Part shown: positions 18,832 through 25,548 of the stretch, piece after piece
Numbering within the stretch: the first letter of the stretch is position 1
Layout of the letters: the number at the start of each line of letters is the position of its first letter
Assembly: GCA_003558085.1 (NCBI GenBank)
Contig: PWMT01000013.1
Location: 1 to 25,548, forward strand
Source: Methanobacteriaceae archaeon
GTDB taxonomy: Archaea; Methanobacteriota; Methanobacteria; Methanobacteriales; Methanobacteriaceae
Length of the DNA: 25,548 nucleotides
Reading direction: 5' to 3'
Notes under the pieces: model-generated
Databases searched by the model: none
Told to the model about the DNA's origin: nothing
The model's input: only the letters and a program-made list of their open reading frames with translations
Program-made: the position numbers and the translations under genes

Positions 18832-19152
18832 ATGGAAATCAATATAATAGAAAAAACTGAAAACCCGGTTCTAAACCGGATTGAAATAGATTTTGAATGT
18901 TTATATCATGGAGAAGCAACTCCTAAAATATTAGATGTTAAAAATAAGTTGGTGGCATTACTTGATGCGGATAAGGAATTATTAGTGGTAGATAATATCC
19001 AACCTTATTTTGGGGAAGGTAGATCCCAAGGCTATGCCAAACTATATGATAATTTAGATAGTCTAAATGAAATAGAAAGCAAACACGTATTGGAAAAAAA
19101 TAAAGAGACATCTGCCCCTGCAGAAGAAAGTGAGGAAGTCCCGGAGGAATAA
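18832..19152 (+). CDS. rps24e: 30S ribosomal protein S24e
   Basis: ENPVLNR.EI, ATP, FG...S.GYAKLYD. Confidence 0.95.
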   Translation: MEINIIEKTENPVLNRIEIDFECLYHGEATPKILDVKNKLVALLDADKELLVVDNIQPYFGEGRSQGYAKLYDNLDSLNEIESKHVLEKNKETSAPAEESEEVPEE

Positions 19153-19155
19153 TCA

Positions 19156-19311
19156 ATGAATAAATGTGATCTTTATCAAGTTGAAGGAGATAAAATTAAT
19201 CGTAAAAATCCTTTCTGCCCGCGTTGCTCCAGTGGAGTTTTCCTAGCTGACCATGGAGATCGTTACGCTTGTGGAAAATGTGGTTATACTGAATGGAAAA
19301 GTAAGGACTGA
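19156..19311 (+). CDS. rps27ae: 30S ribosomal protein S27ae
   Basis: Manual translation [51 protein letters not shown] (51 aa, not in the track). SD GGAGG. Confidence 0.95.
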   Translation: MNKCDLYQVEGDKINRKNPFCPRCSSGVFLADHGDRYACGKCGYTEWKSKD

Positions 19312-19349
19312 TAGAATATTTTTAAATAAATTTTACAGGTGATCTATCC

Positions 19350-20762
19350 TTGAATTTAAGGTCAGGAAGATTTAAGCAGAAAATGAGTGCAGAAGCTGCT
19401 GAATTTACCTCATCCCTAGAATTTGATAAAAAGCTTTTTGAAGCAGATATCGAATGTAACCTGGCCCACACCACCATGTTAGCTCAGCAGAAAATTATTG
19501 ACCCAGAAACAGCAGATAAAATTATTAGATCCTTAAAAAAACTTAGAAAAGAAGGTATTACTGCCCTTAATCTGGATTATGATGTAGAAGACATTCACAT
19601 GGCGGTAGAAAACTATGTTAGCAGCCAAATAGGGGAAGAAGCAGGTTTTATGCATACTGCTAAATCCCGTAACGATCAAGTCGCCACTGATTTAAGGATA
19701 GTTTTAAAAGATAATTTGGAAGATATTCAACAAGAAATTTTAGTATTTATGGAGGGCATACTCCAGTTAGCCTCCGAGCATGAAGAAACAGTTATGATTG
19801 CTTATACTCATCTGCAACATGCTCAGCCCACTACCTTTGCCCATCATTTATTGGCTTACACTCACTCCTTAAAAAGGGATTATGAAAGAGTGAAAGATGC
19901 TTATAAAAGGGTTGATTTAAATCCACTTGGATCTGCAGCTTTAACCACCTCTAGTTTCCCTATCGACCGAGAATTAACCACCCATTTACTGGGATTTCAG
20001 GATTACTTGAGAAATTCCATGGATGGGGTTAGTGCCCGGGATTTTATTGCTGAATCCGTGTTTAGTTTATCATTGCTCTGCACTACTCTAAGTAAGATAT
20101 GTGAAGAAATGGTGTTATGGAGTACTTATGAATTTGGGATAGTGGAAATAGCTGATGAATTTTCATCTACCTCCTCCATCATGCCCCAGAAAAAAAATCC
20201 AGACGTAGCGGAAATAGCCCGGGCAAAAACTGCTATTTTATATGGAGAACTAATGACTATCCTCACTATTTTAAGGGCCCTGCCTTATACTTATAACCGG
20301 GACTTGCAGGAGATATCTCCCCATCTCTGGAATTCTCTCCATAATGCTCAAGATATATTAAAACTAGTAGCTAATATGCTTTTAACTGTTAAGGTGAACA
20401 AAGAACGTTGTTTAAAATTAGCTAAGTCTAACTTTGCCACTGCTACTGATTTAGCAGATATAATGGTGAGGGAGAAAAATATTCCTTTTAGAACAGCTCA
20501 TAAAATTGTAGGTCGATTGGTTAGCCATGCTTTAGATCAGAATTTAAAGCCAGCACAAATCAGCACTGCAGTTCTAGATCAGATCGCCCAGGAATTAACT
20601 GGAGAGAAATTAGATTTGGATGAAAAACTTATCCAGAAAGTCTTAGATCCTCTAGAGAATGTAAAATCAAGGCAAGTTCCTGGTGGTCCATCACCAGAAC
20701 AGGTACAGGAAGCTGCAAAACATCTAAAACAGTTTATTTTTAAGGAAAGAAATATAACTTAA
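19350..20762 (+). CDS. argH: Argininosuccinate lyase
   Basis: [44 protein letters not shown] and FRTAH. Confidence 0.97.
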   Translation: MNLRSGRFKQKMSAEAAEFTSSLEFDKKLFEADIECNLAHTTMLAQQKIIDPETADKIIRSLKKLRKEGITALNLDYDVEDIHMAVENYVSSQIGEEAGFMHTAKSRNDQVATDLRIVLKDNLEDIQQEILVFMEGILQLASEHEETVMIAYTHLQHAQPTTFAHHLLAYTHSLKRDYERVKDAYKRVDLNPLGSAALTTSSFPIDRELTTHLLGFQDYLRNSMDGVSARDFIAESVFSLSLLCTTLSKICEEMVLWSTYEFGIVEIADEFSSTSSIMPQKKNPDVAEIARAKTAILYGELMTILTILRALPYTYNRDLQEISPHLWNSLHNAQDILKLVANMLLTVKVNKERCLKLAKSNFATATDLADIMVREKNIPFRTAHKIVGRLVSHALDQNLKPAQISTAVLDQIAQELTGEKLDLDEKLIQKVLDPLENVKSRQVPGGPSPEQVQEAAKHLKQFIFKERNIT

Positions 20763-20864
20763 ATCATAAATAGCTCTCTTAACTTCTCCACTTTTGAACC
20801 CTAAAAAAATAGTTGTTGCTAACTAGTATAAGTTCATTGGTGCGTATCTGCAAATAGATAAATT

Positions 20865-21050
20865 TTATACCTCTTTTTGTTTTGCCTTATAATCTTTTTT
20901 AATTTTTTGGGCTAATTCATCGTTTTCTATTACCACAGATCCCCTGTATCCACAATTGAAACATTCCCAGATAGACCATAATTGAGGAATAGTCCATTTA
21001 ATGTTGCTGGAACCACAATTAGGGCAGAATTTTTTCTTAAATTCACTCAT
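20865..21050 (-). CDS. Small Zn-ribbon protein (CPxCG-related)
   Basis: FCPNCGS...WECFNCGY, 61 aa. Confidence 0.8.
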   Translation of the reverse strand: MSEFKKKFCPNCGSSNIKWTIPQLWSIWECFNCGYRGSVVIENDELAQKIKKDYKAKQKEV

Positions 21051-21091
21051 AAGTTATATATATTTAAATAAACTTAATTAAAACTATGGAT

Positions 21092-21226
21092 ATGAAAAGT
21101 GACCCTAAAATTATTGGAATTGTAGCTATCTTGATCGGTATTTTAATGTTTATTTGGCCTTCGTTGGTAGGTTACCTGGTGGGAATATTTCTTATCATCT
21201 ACGGCCTACTTAAAGTGTTTAAGTGA
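21092..21226 (+). CDS. Small membrane protein, DUF3096-like (44 aa; 46 aa from ATG 21086)
   Basis: Manual translation MKSDPKIIGIVAILIGILMFIWPSLVGYLVGIFLIIYGLLKVFK*: two hydrophobic helices separated by Pro. Not in the track; overlaps the convergent gene by 21 nt. Confidence 0.72.
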   Translation: MKSDPKIIGIVAILIGILMFIWPSLVGYLVGIFLIIYGLLKVFK

Positions 21227-22285
21227 ACTCCAGATTAGCTCCAACGCTTCTCCTGGTTCCAGTGCTCCGGCACGGGTTTCTCTTAATACCCTTTGCATAG
21301 AATACCGACTCATATGCGGGAATTTTTTTTCCACCTCTCCCAAGAGAGGGCAGCCTAGATTACCTGCCGATTTTACTCCGAAATAATGGCTGACCTTTTT
21401 TAATTCCATTTTAGATACTCCTAAGCAGGCAGGTAGATTAATTCTAATTAGATCATCCTGTTTTATGACTGATTGATAACCAGTAGATAGTAAATCCCCA
21501 AAGATTACCAGGGGAAAATTATTCTCTTTAGCAAATTCATATATTTTTTGATTAATTAATTTAGAACAACGGCCACAGGGATGATAACGACCATCTAAAC
21601 TATCTTTTATTATATCTGTAAAATCCACATCCAGATATTGGTGTGCCAAGCCTAACTTTTGAGTCAATTTTTCAATATTCTTTTTATAGTGTTCTGGTAG
21701 AATTATAGTTCCAGGATCAATAGTAACAGCCTCCGGATTAAATCCTAAATACTTGGCAAGTATTAGAGAAAAACTACTATCCACTCCTCCAGATAAAGCT
21801 ACCAGGGCTTTTGAATCATCCCTAACTATTTGTGGATGGAGGGCATTGTTATTCAATTTTATCTGATTTTTTAACTCATTTAAATGCATATATTTTAAGA
21901 AATTATAATCATAAGGATTTTCTATTTTATCGGATAATAATTTTAGTAGATTTTTAAAGGATGAATGATGTGGAAACTTATCCTCATGTAGAAAATACTT
22001 AATTTTATTTAGACTTAGTTGCATACGATATATTTTCACCATTATATCTACATAAGCAGTTACATGTACATTTTTTATACCCAGGGTCTCTTTTAAACGA
22101 CCTACTACCCAGCCGCCCTTACCGATAACTGCTGATTTATCAGGTCGGTCTGGAGTTATGATTATAAGTTTTTTTTCTTCCTCAACCCATATAATTTCTT
22201 TAAGGTTTACTTCGGCTTCTTCATGACCTATATCTCTTCTAATTTCTTGGATTGAATATTTGATTTGGTTTTTATCCCATTCCAC
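21206..22285 (-). CDS. PP-loop (adenine nucleotide alpha-hydrolase) ATPase with an N-terminal KH-like domain; often auto-annotated as QueC-like
   Basis: SAVIGKGGWVVG (KH GxxG), VALSGGVDS, HPCGRC, FGD and GCPL. The likely start is GTG 22285 after CAGGGGG; the track's extension to 22459 is AT-rich intergenic DNA. Confidence 0.85.
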   Translation of the reverse strand: MEWDKNQIKYSIQEIRRDIGHEEAEVNLKEIIWVEEEKKLIIITPDRPDKSAVIGKGGWVVGRLKETLGIKNVHVTAYVDIMVKIYRMQLSLNKIKYFLHEDKFPHHSSFKNLLKLLSDKIENPYDYNFLKYMHLNELKNQIKLNNNALHPQIVRDDSKALVALSGGVDSSFSLILAKYLGFNPEAVTIDPGTIILPEHYKKNIEKLTQKLGLAHQYLDVDFTDIIKDSLDGRYHPCGRCSKLINQKIYEFAKENNFPLVIFGDLLSTGYQSVIKQDDLIRINLPACLGVSKMELKKVSHYFGVKSAGNLGCPLLGEVEKKFPHMSRYSMQRVLRETRAGALEPGEALELIWSSLKHFK

Positions 22286-22691
22286 AAGGATAACCCCCTG
22301 TAAAAAATTGAATATAATTTTAGCAAAGTAGCAGATAATAAAAATATATTGGCAACAGATGATATACATTTTTATATAAAAAGTAACAAATAATATGATA
22401 TAATATATCCTAGGCCTTATGATATACATATTAAATAATGATGATAACCATAAGAGCATACTCTACACGGGGTAGGTGATGGATAAAAATTACAACTGGA
22501 ACTAATAATAACTATATGGATATTTAAGGATTTAAAACTTCGAAGTACGGTTCCCGGTTATAATTCTTATGATATAAAAAATGGTCTGAAATTTTGTCAC
22601 TAGTGCTAATTTAGTATATCAATGAAGATCCTTGATCTGAGGTTGAAGATTAAACTAAAATAAATTATAATAAAAGATAGGGGGATCAATA

Positions 22692-23300
22692 ATGCCCAAC
22701 TTTAAAAGCCTTATATTTGGTGATGACCAAGAGTCATGGGATTTAAAAAAAGATTTTGAGAATGTGATTATTGGTTATGCCTATAAAAGGTTTAGTAAAC
22801 CCCCTATAATTGGCAAAAATTCACTGGTTAGAGCCAACAGTATAATCTATAATGATGTAACTATTGGTGATAACTTCCAAACCGGACACAACGTTATGAT
22901 ACGAGAGAAGACCTCTATTGGCAACGAAGTCCTAATTGGTACCAATGCCGTGGTAGAAGGTCATAGTAAAATTGGCAGTAATGTAAGTATCCAGTCCAAT
23001 GTTTACATTCCTAAGAATAGTTATATAGAGGACAATGTTTTCATAGGGCCCTGTGCCTGTTTTACCAACGATCGATACCCCGTTAGAGTAGATTATAAAT
23101 TAAAAGGACCTATAATTAGAAAAGGTGCATCTATTGGTGCTAATTCAACTTTTTTATCCAACGTAGAAGTAGGTGAAGGAGCAATGGTAGCTGCCGGAGC
23201 CATAGTCACCCAAAGTGTTCCCCCGTGGTATCTTGCTATTGGTGCCCCCGCTAAAATTAAACCCTTACCAGCTAGGTTAAGGGTTTCTAATGATCTATGA
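22692..23300 (+). CDS. Hexapeptide-repeat (left-handed beta-helix) N-acetyl/acyltransferase
   Basis: Repeated [IV]G...[IV] hexads, FIGP...[21 protein letters not shown] and GAPAK. Confidence 0.88.
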   Translation: MPNFKSLIFGDDQESWDLKKDFENVIIGYAYKRFSKPPIIGKNSLVRANSIIYNDVTIGDNFQTGHNVMIREKTSIGNEVLIGTNAVVEGHSKIGSNVSIQSNVYIPKNSYIEDNVFIGPCACFTNDRYPVRVDYKLKGPIIRKGASIGANSTFLSNVEVGEGAMVAAGAIVTQSVPPWYLAIGAPAKIKPLPARLRVSNDL

Positions 23301-23335
23301 TTTAATAATTCTTTATTTTTAATTTTATTTAAACT
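23301..23335 (+). terminator. T-rich terminator after the acyltransferase
   Basis: TTCTTTATTTTTAATTTTATTT after the stop. Confidence 0.45.
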
Positions 23336-23682
23336 TAAAATTATATCAGCTTTCTTTAAATCTCATTAAACTTTATGATAATTTACTTAAATTACTTAAA
23401 AATTAGTCAAATTTTTTTGATAGAATAAAATTCTATGAAAAAATGAAAATAATACTATAACTTAATTCTTTTTTTATCACTTGATCTTTTAATTTTAAAA
23501 GCTAATTTTAAGTTTTTTTTCATTTTAAATTAAATAAATTATTTTATTTTTATTTAAAATGTTTAAATCCTTAATTTGAAGTAAAACCCTTATCTTAATG
23601 GTAATTATAATTATCTATTATAAATAGCTTTTAGAGTATTACTAAATAAAATTATAGTGTTGAAATGATATAAATATAGATT

Positions 23683-24654
23683 ATGATAATTGGCTATCAC
23701 AATTCACATGAGCAGTTTCCACCAAGTGAACTGCTTGAGCTGGTCCAGATGGCTGAAAAATTTGGATTCAAAGCTGCTAATTCATCTGATCATTTTAATC
23801 CCTGGATCGAAGAACAAGGAGAAAGTGGTTTTGCTTGGTCTTGGCTGGGTGCTGCTTTACAGGCCACATCTCTACCATTTGGTGTAGTGTGTGCGCCTGG
23901 ACAGAGATATCATCCAGCGATAATTGCTCAAGCAGCAGCCACCCTATCAGAAATGTATCCAAATCGCTTTTGGGTAGCTTTAGGTAGTGGTCAGCAGTTA
24001 AATGAAGGAATAACAGGTGATAAGTGGCCAATTAAAACTATTCGTAATGAAAGGTTAAAGGAATCTGCTGAAATCATCCGTAGATTATGGGCAGGAGAAA
24101 TAGTTAATTACCAGGGACTGGTCCAAATAGAAGATGCTAAATTATACACCCGACCCACCCACCCCCCTAAAATGATCGGAGCAGCTATTACAGCTAAAAC
24201 TGCAGAATGGTTAGCAAAATGGGTAGATGGATTAATAACTGTTGGTAAACCTCCAAGTGAACTAAATAAAACAATTAAAGCCTTTCAAAAAGGTGGAGGT
24301 AAAGGAAAACCAGTTTACATAAAACTTGCTATTTCTTACCATATAGATGAAGAGAAGGCATTAAAAGATGCTTATAAACAGTGGAAACCCCATGTTTTTG
24401 CCAATTATATCACCACCAATTTAAGGTATCCTCAGCAGTTTGCTGAAATTTCAAAATACCTTGATCCAGAAATAATGTATGATGAATTGAATATCTCTAC
24501 TGACCTAGATGATTATGTAGAATTGTTACACCAATACCTTAAAATCAAAGTTGATCATGTTTACCTCCACAATGTTAATACTGAGCAAAAGCAGTTTATA
24601 CAAGATTTTGGGGAAAATGTATTGCCCCATTTTAATAGTTTAAAGGAGGAATAA
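23683..24654 (+). CDS. Luciferase-like (LLM) oxidoreductase, FGD-related 'non-F420 flavinoid' type
   Basis: IGYHNSHEQFPPS, SSDHFNPW...QGESGFAWSWLGAA, APGQRYHPAIIAQA, LGSGQ.LNE and YLHNV. Confidence 0.85.
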   Translation: MIIGYHNSHEQFPPSELLELVQMAEKFGFKAANSSDHFNPWIEEQGESGFAWSWLGAALQATSLPFGVVCAPGQRYHPAIIAQAAATLSEMYPNRFWVALGSGQQLNEGITGDKWPIKTIRNERLKESAEIIRRLWAGEIVNYQGLVQIEDAKLYTRPTHPPKMIGAAITAKTAEWLAKWVDGLITVGKPPSELNKTIKAFQKGGGKGKPVYIKLAISYHIDEEKALKDAYKQWKPHVFANYITTNLRYPQQFAEISKYLDPEIMYDELNISTDLDDYVELLHQYLKIKVDHVYLHNVNTEQKQFIQDFGENVLPHFNSLKEE

Positions 24655-24657
24655 TAA

Positions 24658-25548
24658 ATGAAAATTGGTTATCATCTATCAAGTGAAGATAATAGTCCAT
24701 CTGAATTAATAAAGCAGGCCCAAAAAGCTGAAGAAGCAGGCTTTGATTTTTTAACTATTTCTGACCATTATCATCCTTGGATAAGTAAACAGGGTGAAAG
24801 TTGTTTTGTATGGTGTACCATTGGGGGAATTGCACTGGTCACCAAGGATATTCCTTTAGTAACCGGGGTTACCTGCCCCACCTTCAGAATTCATCCAGCT
24901 ATACTAGCTCAGGCAGCTGCAACTGCAAGTTACATGATGCCAAGAAGGTTTAAATTTGGGGTGGGATCTGGAGAAAATTTAAGTGAACATATATTAGGTG
25001 ATGGTTGGCCTGATGCTCCAACTAGAATAGATATGCTGGCCGAGTCGGTGGATGTTATTAGAACCCTGTGGCAGGGAGGAATGCGGGATTATGATGGTAT
25101 TTATTACCATGTTGAAAATGCACAAATTTTTACTTTGCCTGAAGAACTACCTCCTATATATATTGCTGCAGACGGTCCACTAGCAGCAGAAATAGCTGGA
25201 GTATATGGGGATGGCCTCATCGCTTTAGATGGAAAAAAGGATATGTTAGAAATATTTCAAAAATCGGGGGGTAACGATAAACCAGCTTATTCATTTCTCA
25301 ATGTCTGTTTTGCAGAAACTGAGGAGGAAGCTATTAACATGGCCTATGAATATTGGCCTATATTCGCAAATAAAGGGGAATTAAACTGGGAAATTAAAAC
25401 AACAACTCATTTCGATCAAGCAGCAGAAATGATAAAAAAGGAGTATATAGCCGAAGCTCTAGTCTGCAGTCCCCACCCTGAACATCATATACATGAAATA
25501 GAAAAAAGTATTAAAACAGGTTATGACCATGCTACAGTACACCAGCTA
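24658..25548 (+). CDS. Luciferase-like (LLM) F420-dependent oxidoreductase, G6PDH/FGD family; runs off the window
   Basis: Manual translation open to the window end: MKIGYHLSSED..P, ISDHYHPW...QGESCFVW, TGVTCPTFRIHPAILAQA, GVGSGENLSEH, GYDHATVHQ. SD AGGAGG lies in the upstream gene's tail. Confidence 0.88.
   Translation, partial: MKIGYHLSSEDNSPSELIKQAQKAEEAGFDFLTISDHYHPWISKQGESCFVWCTIGGIALVTKDIPLVTGVTCPTFRIHPAILAQAAATASYMMPRRFKFGVGSGENLSEHILGDGWPDAPTRIDMLAESVDVIRTLWQGGMRDYDGIYYHVENAQIFTLPEELPPIYIAADGPLAAEIAGVYGDGLIALDGKKDMLEIFQKSGGNDKPAYSFLNVCFAETEEEAINMAYEYWPIFANKGELNWEIKTTTHFDQAAEMIKKEYIAEALVCSPHPEHHIHEIEKSIKTGYDHATVHQL

Noticed and set aside
22286..22459. 58-aa hydrophobic N-terminal extension of the PP-loop gene
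   Set aside because: Its I/Y/F-rich composition reflects AT-rich promoter DNA, and a good SD precedes GTG 22285.
23301..23682. Mobile element or integration scar before the LLM genes
   Set aside because: Very AT-rich, but I could not identify terminal inverted repeats, a target duplication, a tRNA or a transposase remnant.
2478..24031. Numerous short antisense or alternate-frame ORFs inside PINA, npdG, hxlB, trpS, thrC, rps28e, ndk/infB, rps6e, eif2g, PIN, rpoE1, rps24e and the LLM gene
   Set aside because: They overlap well-conserved genes and lack SDs and motifs; they are typical shadow ORFs.

Overview
AT-rich archaeal chromosomal segment, most likely from a Methanobacteriaceae methanogen (Methanobacterium-like). 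This call rests on the HMf-type histone, F420 enzymes, the archaeal translation genes and a gene order resembling my recollection of the hisS-argH region of Methanothermobacter. About 22 kb is conserved housekeeping: the 3' end of a HARP (RNA-free RNase P), hisS, hisI, PINA ATPase, a sugar-phosphate isomerase/epimerase, npdG, hxlB, endA, trpS, a SpoIIM-like gene, thrC, a histone, and the rpl7ae-rps28e-rpl24e-ndk-infB-rps6e-eif2g-PIN-ppa-rpoE'-spt4-DPCK-rps24e-rps27ae-argH cluster. After that come two divergent microprotein genes, a KH+PP-loop ATPase, a hexapeptide-repeat acyltransferase and a tandem pair of luciferase-like (FGD-family) oxidoreductases. I found no rRNA, tRNA, CRISPR array or mobile element. 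The most notable signals are three conserved genes that cannot be read by standard decoding: thrC has an in-frame TGA, the PIN gene needs a -1 shift at an A_AAT_TTT heptamer, and hisI appears to start at ATT. These may be recoding, recent lesions or sequencing errors; raw reads are needed to decide. Also notable are a clear k-turn next to the rpl7ae Shine-Dalgarno within a potentially switchable leader, and an uncharacterised KH-PP-loop protein with a three-cysteine motif.
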